Below are positions 1 through 10,660 of a DNA stretch of 64,000 bases, in pieces. A model generated the notes under the pieces. The model was not told the origin of the DNA, searched no databases, and saw only the letters and a program-made list of their open reading frames with translations. Source of the DNA: Lepidodermella squamata (lineage: Eukaryota; Animalia; Gastrotricha); NCBI GenBank assembly GCA_047495785.1, contig JBLDXI010000036.1:744001-808000 (forward strand), given 5' to 3'. Each line of letters opens with the position of its first letter. Positions within the stretch are counted from its first letter, which is position 1. Both the position numbers and the translations under genes were made by a program.

Positions 1-227
1 AAATACGGATAGATATTGACCCCCAAAATGTCACAACCAGCCGCTAGTTTCGCCGTTTCACTCTCGATAGCCGTCGACATGTATTCGATTATACGCTGGA
101 CCGTCCCAACGTTAACATCTCGGCCCGTAGCCGCTTTAACCGCGGTCTTGATACCATCGACCTTGGCCAGAATTTGATCAGCCGTGTATTTGCCATTTGG
201 GGTTAGATTTTCGTTTCCGACCAGAAT
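1..227 (-). pseudogene. GH17 glucanase paralogue fragment (5' part missing in window; continues off the left edge)
   Basis: Near-identical to 9251-9477 of the intact GH17 gene (ILVGNENLTPNGKYTADQILAKVDGIKTAVKAATG...LGVNIYP). Homology stops abruptly at about 227. Confidence 0.8.
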
Positions 228-1797
228 CTTGGAGGAATGAAGGAGTAGAAACTGACGGATTTAGCACTTACAAAGGAGCCTGCTGCCCGGGCACCCCTCA
301 ATTATCGCCCTGGCAACGTTGACGCGATGCTAGCAACGAATCTCGCTCTAAAGCACACTCTCTGTCCTGAGACAAGGCTCATCTATTTCAGCAATAACTT
401 CCTATAAACTCTTGAATACACGAGTATAATGAATGATAAGATCACGACGTCAATCGAGATTTCGAGGCGCTCGATTCTTGATATCGCCCCATCGCAGTTC
501 GATTTCTGTTTGCTGCCGCTCGCTAGTGCTATCAGACAATAAGATTTACTATTAGACTGCCGAGATATAGATTATATCATAGTTTTGGTATAGCAATCGA
601 CAATTATGAGTTAGCCGAGCAAAATGGGTCGCTTTTTGTCTCGATCGACGATACAGTTGCGCTCAAGTACTCTTGAGAGTGAAGCAGGAAGCGCGCGCGC
701 TCACTAAAGTGTGTCATCTTTGACGCATTACTGCTACGCGCGCGTAACAGCTATTGTTATAAAACTAAATTCTCGACATTTGTCGTAATCAGGGCTATTC
801 AACGATATCTGATTTATAGTTATATCGTTTTGATTTGGGTCTAAACAATTACCGGAAGGATGACATCATTTATTTTCAAGCGGGTAAAATTATCTCTGCA
901 ACGCAAGGTCACATTGGAAAAAGACAAAATTCTCGTCAGACAGAATGACAAGGGCTACTCAAATAATTTTGTCCCACGTCAATAGCTTCTATAATATTTC
1001 GTAAACAAACCTAGATACGCCATAGGTTAATATAGGCGCGCGCTCACGTGACGCCTCATAATACGTATAATAATTAGAGAAGTACTAGCGCGCGCGCCCG
1101 GCCGCGCACGCCGCCCAACGATCAGATAGGCCTTTGTCGGCCGCACACAGTTTCTACAGGGTGTTCCCTTCGAAACCGAACATCCGCCGCGCGCGTTGGA
1201 AAATCGCGTGCTACCGCAAAATTTTATGCACAAAATTAAATATCCTTTTAATAATATTTTTATTTTATTATATTATTAATTTTTTTTAAATAAAAATTTT
1301 GTTGCTACGGAAAAGCGTGCTGCGCGATGCCGCGCGTTTTCGCGTTGTAGCCGCTCCGCGCACCGCAAGTTCCCCGGCGCGCAACTTCTGCCCCGTAATT
1401 CCGCATTTTATCACCGGTGACGACACCTTTGTTAGTGTTTTTCTGATAGCATTTCAAGCATTTAATATGGCAGCCGGCGTCTTTTTTTCTAAATATGGCT
1501 CAATTAGATGTAACCGCTAAGCCTAAACAAGCCTTTTTTGTGACGTTTTTCGCAGTTCTTGCGCGTTTAACCCCAGAAACTTTAACCTAAGTGCGGTAAT
1601 ACATTGCGTAAACAGTGTTTCTGAGTATAATTATGTATTCTCTACAAGATGACCACAGCCTTTCTTTTAGGATGATGGTTATTTTTAGCAAGCTTGCCCG
1701 AACAGCCAGTCGGTCTTTCAGAGTAAAGATCTCAATATCACCATGTTCAAGGTGGTCTATGGCTACAAATCACCCGTCAAAAACACTGCCTCTCGAT

Positions 1798-2825
1798 GTT
1801 TTCTTGTAAAGCAGAGTAAATACTTCTTAGCTACCGTGACTTTTTGGGGGGTCACCGCGGTTTTTCACTTGCTGCTGCTATGGATGCATTCTGTCAAGAA
1901 AATGGAGTTTTTCGGGATATTCGGAACATTTATGATATTAGCAAACAATTCAGCGGTCAAATGGGCAATCAAATGAGTGAATCTACTCAGAGACATAGAT
2001 AAGTTGACAATAAAACAAGAAAAAGTCGGTGTTGCCATACTAACTCGTGAGCAGGATTGATCTCCTCCTGCCATACCTGCTGTGTTAGATCTCTTCATCT
2101 GGTCAGATGAACAATCTTCAAGATGGCCCCTAATGATGAAATCTGCTTTATTTGCATTGTTACTCACTGTTTTCTTGTAGAATAGAGTGTACATTTCTTA
2201 GTTAACATGTCTTTTTGGGGGGTCACCGTGGTTTTTCACGTTTTATGGCTTGAGACGCATTTACATGTTAAAATGGAGTTTTTCGGGTTTATCGGAACTT
2301 TATTGATGTTAGGAAGTAATTCAACGGCCAGATTTGGGTAAAATTGGCTGCTTTTGTTTAGAGACTATGTCAGTATGACAATTAAGCAGGAAAAAGCTGG
2401 TGTTGCCGCCGTAATTCGGGCGCAGGATCGACTTTCGTCTGCCATACCCACTCTCGTTAGACGTCATCATTAGGCCAGATCAGCAACCTTAAAGATGGTC
2501 CATCTCTTAACATAATCTGGCAAGAACAATCTTTCTCATCGTTTTCTTGTAGAATATAGTGTATATATCTTAGTTACCATTACTTTTAGGTTGGTCAGCG
2601 CGGTTTCTCAGTATTAGTGGCTTGGCTTGCATTTTTCGGGTTTTTTCGGGTTTTTCGGAACATTTTTGATGTTAACTAACAATGTAGCGGTTAGATTGCG
2701 GCTGAAACAATTGAATTTGCTAAGAGACTATTTCAGTTTGACGATAAAGCAGAAAAAGCTGGTGTTGCCGCCCTAACTCGAGCGCTGGGTCGGCTTCTTG
2801 ATGCCATACCCATCCTGGTTAGAGG
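1798..2825. repeat. Degenerate tandem repeat, about 370 bp x about 2.8 units
   Basis: Units start near 1798, 2170 and 2542. They share TTCTTGTA..A.AGAGT, GGTCA(C/G)CG.GGTTT, TTTTTCGGG..T.TCGGAAC, AAAAAG..GGTGTTGCC and TGCCATACC in the same order. No consistent ORF. Confidence 0.85.
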
Positions 2826-4042
2826 ACGTTTCAACGCGTTGTAGCCGCATTCCTTCGTCATTTGTGTGGTCATAAGAGGTCCATGCGTGAATTTTACTCA
2901 TTATTTGAATACATAGCTATAGTCGCGCTAAACCTCTGCAAATGACGTACTGCTGACGCGTTTCAGCCACTGCTACTTGTTTCAAGCGGCAGCATTAGGG
3001 CTAAGGTCTGAACTCGTTTGTTTTTGCTATGGATACTTACTCTTCTAATTCTCCGGGAAATTCAGCCGGCTTGGCGCGTTATACTATTGTTATTTATTGC
3101 GTCGTAAAGTTACATCAATCAAATATCAAATAGTTTTACCAGCAGAAATATTTACATTTACAATTTACAAGAAAGTATCTATGCGAGCATGCCGAACTGT
3201 TCTTTTAGGACGTGTAGAAACCGAGATCACAAGGATGCATATCAAAAGACAAAGACGGTTTTTCAGGAATCTCATACATAGCTTTAATATAGCGCGTCTC
3301 TCGTGCAGAAGTACACAGTTCAGCATACCAATCCCAATGCGCTCAACCGGGCACAATACGGGTGGCTAGTGGCTAACAAGCTCGTTTGCATCGGGATTCT
3401 GTCTTGAATTCCCCTTTTATCTTCTTCGGCTTTCGGCTTTCGGCTAAGCATGGAGCATGGACGTAAGATAGGTGAGGATGAGGCCTAAAGTTGTTCCAGA
3501 TGAACTTATGTACATGAACCAATTCCTCACCGTTACCAAACCATCGCTGCTCAAAGTTGAAACATATGCAGCGAAAAATTAGGGCCCTAAATGTGCATAA
3601 ACGTATCATATACCACTTCTGGATCTAATTATGGCGATTAAGCATTGAAGCTCGACACTTGGGCATCGCAGGACGAAATCTTGTATGTACAGAATCAAAG
3701 GTCAAATTCAATGAGGCCAAAACCCATCTCATCAGTACCTGCAAGGAAAGCGGCCACCCTTAGGGTAATAAAGTGCGAAGTGCCACCTCACGCAGAAGTA
3801 CACATTTGTAACTTTTATTTTTAGCCTGACGAAATTGCATTGGAATAGAAATATGTAACTGTTTTTTGAATTGAAGGCTCAGCAACCAGTTCAAGATCAT
3901 GAGTTCAACGTTGTTTTTCCTACAAATGTGTTGTTGTTTTGAAAAAGCAGATCCCGCACGTGCCTCGAGCCAGGCGAGAAACGCGTGATTTTTAAAAACG
4001 TTTAAGAAATTTTTCAAGCATTCATTTTCACATAAAACAGCA

Positions 4043-5160
4043 ATGAAAAGCATCAACTCGATAATTCTTTTGATTTTGTTCGCGTTCAACGGCCAGGCAT
4101 CGGGGCAAGTCTTTAAGCGATGCTTCCAGGTGACCAACAATGCATTTACGTCGTGCCGTGATAACAGCCCTACCTGTGATCCTATTACCGAGTATCAGGT
4201 ATATTTATTTACTAATAATACGAATAAATCCCAAATTTGGATGATTGGAATTATTATCCGGATTTGAAATTTTAGCTCTCGATGAGTTGGTCTTTCTCGA
4301 ATTCAATTTTTGATTTTGCAGAATATTTTATTACTTTTTTATCTAGTGGGGTCCTTTGTTCGATGATGTAACGACGTGCCGCTTAGGGGTAGGAAATATA
4401 TGCGATATCCATCTCAGCTCCATTTATTTTTTAAATAGAATGCTAAAATGTGCTACAAATACGGCGCATTAACAACACGATGCAATCCTGGCCTTGGCAA
4501 CTGCAAATTAACTGGCGAACCAGCTGCAGACAGAGAAATAGAAGTAAATTCCTAGCTCAATAATTTCACATTTTCTTCAATTAATATTTAATTTTTAATC
4601 AATTTCAGCTCAGCTGGTACAGGAATACCACGCTGAAGGAAAGCTTGGCCGCTTGCAATAGCGCTAGATCGAAATTCGCGGTACTGCCGAAAATTGCCCA
4701 ATTTTGAAACGACCATTGGCCAATATATTTGTAAATTCACAGAATCAAGCTTTCAAACGATGCACAGACAACGGATCGGTGAAAACATGTGTTCCGGCCA
4801 ACTTTCCCTGCCCCGAGAACTGGGTTTGAAAACAAAATAAAAGTACTCAACACACTGGTCATTTTATTTAATTTTTGTTTGTAGCTCCAAAGCGGCCCTT
4901 TCAATAATTTAAGCCTCTGCATCGCTGGGACACCAAGTAAGATTTTTCAATTTATTGATTGAGCCAAACGTTCATCACGCTCGGTAACAGTTCAAGTTCC
5001 AGACAGCGAGAAACAGCATATCAGGTGCTTCAGCTCATCGAACGGCAGCTTCATCGACTGCCGCCTCGCGACAACTGGCTGCCAGGCTGGGTCTGAAACG
5101 CGGGAATTTTCGTCTGCGACGTTCGCCAACAGAGCAAACTGCCTTACAGGGGTGATCTGA
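4043..5160 (+). CDS. Secreted Cys-rich protein with four repeats of a 4-Cys module (about 7 exons)
   Basis: Signal peptide MKSINSIILLILFAFNGQASG. GT-AG introns join short exons in frame (e.g. EYQ|WGPLFDDVTTCRLG|NAKMCYKY..., last exon ...RANCLTGVI*). Similar small exons at about 5386-5583 may extend it. Confidence 0.7.
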
Positions 5161-6295
5161 GCTTGTTTTTTTAATAAATTACCAAATTATCAAATTATCG
5201 TAAACTAAATCCCAAAGTATGAGACCTTGCGTAAGATAAAGGAGAAAATTTGGACGTTTGGACAATATCCTTGCAGTGGCCCCATATTTTCTGAAAATTA
5301 TATTTTCACGAAAAGACTCGTGATTTATTAGTTTATTGATTTCAGATTTTATTTTGCATTTGCCCTTGACTTCATTCTTTTTATAGAGAGCCATCCAATG
5401 TGTCACAAGCAAGGGCAAGCAGTGCTATGGAGCTTTTCCGAGTGGTACCCGAGTGAGCGAGCTATTTAACAAGATGTCGTATTTCGAAACGTTGTTACTT
5501 CATGTCAGATTAAAGTGTATGGCAACTCAACGAAGTTCAAGGAAAATCATGACGCCTGCAAGAGAGAGACAGCTGAGATGCCGGTATGTTTCAAAAATAA
5601 TCAGTCGAATTTCAATTTTCTCTGAATTCTAGAATTATAGGATTTTGAATTTTGACAAGTGTTTTTGGGGCGAATTTTTTATCTTGCCAACTTATTTTTT
5701 CATCTGACCATTATTTTCTCCCGAAGTTTGATAATTTTGGAAATTTCCGTATAATTTGGAAAATATCGTTTTTTCATCTAACAGGAATTTAGAACCTTTA
5801 AAAACTCAACCTTCAAAAAACCTTTTCCTTCGCTTTGAAGCTGGAATTATTCCTCCATAGTCCATAGCATGTCTTGGGATTTTACAGTCATTTTTCACCC
5901 CCCCCCCCCCCCCCCCCCCGCCCCATTTAAATTGAAGTGAATGAATCGTTGAGTTACAACCATACAGCGTTCTCCAGTCTGGCCAGATGAAAAAGAAGTC
6001 TGGGTTTTCTTGCCTGCACCTCTAGAAATGGAGAAAATCTAGTGAAAGAACCGTTAGTGAAAGAATTCTTTCCTCTACGAACCCGTTAAATGACTCCTTA
6101 ACCTTAAAACACATATCCAAAGAAATTCTAGTTACTCCAGTGTCGTTATGGCAACTGTTATTTATAAATAACAGCGGGCTTTTGTTGTTTATAACAATAA
6201 AATGTATAACAAGCGCTCATAATATTCGGAATTTCAAATTTGATTTGAGTGCATAATATTGATGAAAATTCTTAAATAGTTATTATTAGAGTCTA

Positions 6296-6391
6296 CCGTA
6301 GTTACCGAAATACAAGCCTGGGCGGCACTACAAAGAACATAAAAGTGCCGACAACGGGTTGCCGCATAGGCTTCTATTTCGGTTACTACGG
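6296..6391. mobile_element. About 96 bp Tc1/mariner (pogo/Tc2-like) MITE
   Basis: TIRs CCGTAGT(T/A)ACCGAAATA(C/G)AAGCCT at both ends, flanked by TA on each side. Confidence 0.8.
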
Positions 6392-6938
6392 TATATTAGA
6401 ATTTATTGATTGATGCACAAAAATCATAATTTTTTAGGCAAACATGACGCAAAAAAGCATTTCTGACCGGGATTCTCTCAACATCATACTGATGGAGATC
6501 GAGCTCTTTTTTATATCATTGCGCTGTTAGCTCATCTATCTTTGAAGAGGCACCACAAATTCAAGGGTTCAAGGGAGTAGCTAATCTTTTCTTTTGTCAT
6601 GTCCACAGTCGAATAACAACTGAAATTAATTAATATCATTAATTGTTCTCAAATTTCGCTTGTGGTCGTTGAATGCATTTAAAATATACTGTATTTCCAG
6701 TACAAGCTTTGCACGAATGAGCTCCTGATGTCAGCTGTTTGCGTTTCGGTAGCGGAAAACTGCCCGCAGAATTTGGTGACCAGAATTGTCTTAATCTTTG
6801 TTCTTTATATATGCCATAATTTTACATTTAGACACAAGCCAATGGCACCACGTACGCCACCTTGGACGAGTGCAATCAGCGTGCGTTCAATTGATGAATT
6901 CTCCATTTTCTTATAGGATAACTTTCTTCTCCTTATAG

Positions 6939-8376
6939 TGACTCCTTTCGGATTACCCCGAAATACGGCTTTCTTCCCCCTCACGCAGGAATACGGCATC
7001 CGCGATATCAGCGGCAATGGCATTGAATCAGCGATAGTTGGTGGCCAATCGCCCTCGTTCGTAACTGGGCCATTCGACTATCCTAACGCAGCTCTGTCTG
7101 TCGGGAATTCAGCCGGCTATTTCGAAGTGGCCAGTAGCAAGCTCGTTCTTAACAGTTCTTTCACAATCTCTGTTTACGCCGGCTTCACGGATGCCCCTAA
7201 TGCTTTCGTTCCTATCATTGAGTTCTACGACAGCGCGGCGCAATTGCGAATTTATTACAATCCTGCGAACAACTACGTGGGAACATACAAAGGTAAGAGT
7301 CATTGTTCCCTTGTCGAATCTATTCTATGATTCCGTACAATATGTTAACAGACAATGCGGATTTGATTTACTCCCGCCAATGCAAACCATTAATTGGAGG
7401 ATGGGTCTTTATCGCCGTTACTTACAATACAATTACTCATCGGCTATTTGTGCATTGTGACATGTTAAGTTTTCAGCAAATTACTTATTCGGTCACTACG
7501 AGCAACAAAATCAAATTTGGGAGCAATTTCGCCAACAACGCCGGCCTTTTTGGCCAAATATCGTGCGTGTCGATCTTTGATCAAGCTCTAACGACCCCAC
7601 AACTATGGATTGCGAGGAAGAAGTGTCTGCAAATTCACGCTGGCAAAACTTGGCAGCCCGAAGCATTGACCACCCTTCTTCCCTCGAACATAGCTATCTG
7701 GCCACTCGTGTCAGATTTCAACGATGTTGTAGATCCGAGAGCCGATGCCACGCCCCCTAGCGCTGATTTGGAGACCGATGACGGGCCTTTTGCCTTACCG
7801 AACTCATCGTTCATCTACGCAACTGCTGATCCTATTGTGGTGACTGCTGACAAAGTCAAGCTGGCGGCCGGGAGTTATACTATCGCATTTTTTCACACGC
7901 GCTCTGTGTTTTCAAACAGGCCGATGCTCGAATTCGCCCCTGACGGAACAACGCTGGGACTTCAGGTCACAACTGAATCACTCAGTTCTTTGAGCATCCG
8001 GCCGTATGGCCAAAATTCAACGTCTATTGCCATTTCCCTGCAACCTTTATGGCTGCATCTAGCATTAACGTTCGATGCGGACGGCGATAAGCTGACGTTA
8101 TACTCCGGCGGTCAGGGTAGCTTCATCGGGAGTGGCTCGCGGCCCATCACGAATAGTGGCCAGTTCATCATTGGGCGGTAAGTGTTTTGATAAATTCTAA
8201 CTACTTGATACATGCAACAAGTTGTTCGTTCTCAAAACAGATCATGGGCCGATCCGCAAGTTCAGTTCGGCCAGAGGCTGTCATGCCTGAATATTTTCAA
8301 CCAAGTTCTCACTGTGGGCCAGCTTCGAATCGTCGAGATAAATTGCGCTGCTTTCCAAATTCCGAACATGCGCTGA
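6939..8376 (+). CDS. Protein with two LamG/concanavalin-A-like domains; 5' exons (about 6148-6890) unresolved
   Basis: Exons about 6939-7292, 7353-8177 and 8241-8376 splice in frame. LamG-like motifs FPL..DISGNG..GPF, SFTISVY, WVFIAVTYN, ISCVSIFDQALT, then WPL..GPF..WLHLALTFD..FIIGR..LSCLNIFNQVLT. Confidence 0.75.
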
Positions 8377-8767
8377 AACGATAAGTTTCGAACCACAACA
8401 GTTCGAATCAGTTCAAATTGACTGTTGATCATATCAAATCGAATCTTTGTCATTAAAATCTATTCATATTATGTTATTTTCAGGCGAATTTTGACACGTT
8501 CAAGGAAATAAAATAGTAAATAGTGCATCGTTATTTTCTTATCTTATCTTATCGATTTACGCAGGTTGGAAGCCATACAAGTGCCAAATTTTGATCTAGT
8601 CAAGGTCTACTGTTGTACAACGGGGACGTAGCAGTTCGTTCCTCCGGCATGGACCACTAATAGATGATTATAATTCCAACACAGCAAAACCAAAAGCACT
8701 CAGAGCAATCTCAAAACAATATATCTATAGCTTATCACACCACCTGTCAGAAAACCGAATTTTAGCC

Positions 8768-9830
8768 TCAAAGGCTCACTGGGTAATTGTCAGCTTTAGC
8801 CTCGCGCAGGTAAGTGAAAAAGCCGAAATGCTGCTCGTACTCTTTGCTCATTGACGTATCATCAGGGCGGCGGTCGTAGAAAGAGTACCAAAAGAGAGGA
8901 TCTTCGCCAACAGTCGGTTCCCAGCTGGCGAAGGCTGAGTAGTAGTTGAGGGCACCATTAAGGCTGGGTTGGACGCCCGAGGATGGCAGGTCTGAACCAC
9001 CACTCGGAAAACCAGTTTCAGTCAAGCGAGCCTAAAATATAAAAAAAATGCAAAAAATTATAAATAATTCCTAGGGATAAATAATTCAATTATTTCGAAA
9101 ATAAGGAAGATAATCATGAAGTTTGGGAAAATTGCCGCATCTCGATAAATTTTCTCGCCCTGTTTACCTTCGATCCATATTTTGCAACCATTTTATTCCA
9201 ATTGTTCTGCAGCTGAATGACAGGGTTAGATGCGTTGTAGCTCGAGCTGAAAAACGGATAGATATTGACGCCCAAAATGTCACAACCAGCCGCCAGTTTC
9301 GCCGTTTCACTCTCGATAGCCGTCGACATGTACTCGGTTATACGCTGGACCGTTCCAACCTTAACATCCAGACCCGTGGCCGCCTTAACGGCGGTCTTGA
9401 TACCATCGACCTTCGCCAGAATTTGATCAGCCGTGTATTTGCCATTTGGGGTTAGATTTTCGTTTCCGACCAAAATAGCTTCAATAGTTTCCGGGTAGTT
9501 TTTCACCGCGTCTACAGCCGCGCTCAACTGGCCAGCGTACCAAGATTCATCGGTCATGTAGACACCCAGGTACAGCTTGACCCCATATTTAGCCGCTGAT
9601 TGAGCAACAGTGTAGCCGCTGAAGTTTGAGTAGAAGGTTCGGACGTGGGTGAAGTATTTGGAGATTTGCGCGAAATCAGCGTCGATAGCTAAATCGAGGC
9701 CTTTTGATGCTGATTTGCCTTTACTCGAGTATTCAGTGTTATGCATAGCCGAGTAACATGTACCTCGAGAGATTAGCGACTCGGCACAGCCAATGATACT
9801 TGAAGCCAGCAAAACCCCGAAAATTTTCAT
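8768..9830 (-). CDS. Secreted glycoside hydrolase family 17 (beta-1,3-glucanase), 2 exons, about 308 aa
   Basis: Signal peptide. GH17 motifs VRTFYS, ILVGNE (acid/base), GVNIYPFF, LTETGFPSGG (nucleophile), EQHFGFF. Phase-0 intron 9032-9167 (AAG|GTAAAC...TTTAG|GCT) joins the two ORFs. Confidence 0.9.
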
Positions 9831-10660
9831 TTTAAAAGCGCCTAGAGAAAAAAGCGTGGAAATATCAACGAAACTTGCTTTTATTGTTTTTTTCAGTTTT
9901 TGAGAAACCGGATGAGCAGAAATGCAGTGCGCAATTTTAAACTTTAGTACTTAATAAGTAGTAGCTTTAAGCTTAAAGAGAAGAGTATTAACGACAGCTG
10001 ATTCCACTGTGCTATCGCCTACTGCTTTTGCAAGATGAGCTGCGCAAATATCGTGTCACAGTATCTTGAATCTTGAATGAAGCATAGATGATCCACCTAC
10101 GCTCGAATTGGGGTTATTGCTAAGCCAAAGCACCGGGAGTCACCATTTGTTCTTGTTTGAATGGCTTCTATGGATTCTACAATTGGACCGGATTTAAAAT
10201 GTTACGCAGCATCCAAATAGAGTTTCAAGATCAATAAATTTGTTCTTGCCAAGAAAAGTTTCAATCGACCCGAATTGGATGTTAACCAGTGTCTGGTATT
10301 GATGATCTTACATCTGATGTGCCCCGTCTTCTGTGCTAGACGTCCGAAATGGTTCAAATATTTGCTTGCGTAGTAGAGGCACAGAGACGTATATTATCGT
10401 GCTTCATCACATCTTGTTAATCAAACATACCGTAATAATGTGATAATTCGGATATTATAGAAGGCGATTTAGGATAATTGAAATGAGCTCATCCAACTCC
10501 TCCATATTACGTAGATCCATAACTATATCGCATGCCGTCTACGCGCTATCGTCTAGCGAAGCTTTTTACCTAATAAGTCTTATCAAAATAAGAAGCCTCG
10601 ATTCTGTCCCGGACCAGGAGTCTGAAAATTTGAACTATACTCCCTTTCCAGCTACCCCTA

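Noticed and set aside
1798-2825. Repeat array as CRISPR or coding repeat
   Set aside because: The units are long and degenerate throughout, with no repeat-spacer structure, no cas genes and no conserved reading frame.
3373-3760. Possible minus-strand exons
   Set aside because: Splice-like signals are present but no coherent frame or recognisable domain could be built.
5898-5924. Poly-C tract
   Set aside because: Simple homopolymer in non-coding DNA; its length is unreliable and no function can be supported.
9123-9455. Antisense and alternative-frame ORFs overlapping real genes (also within 10661-12997, 23098-25473 and 36411-48578)
   Set aside because: Shadow ORFs with no protein-like features.
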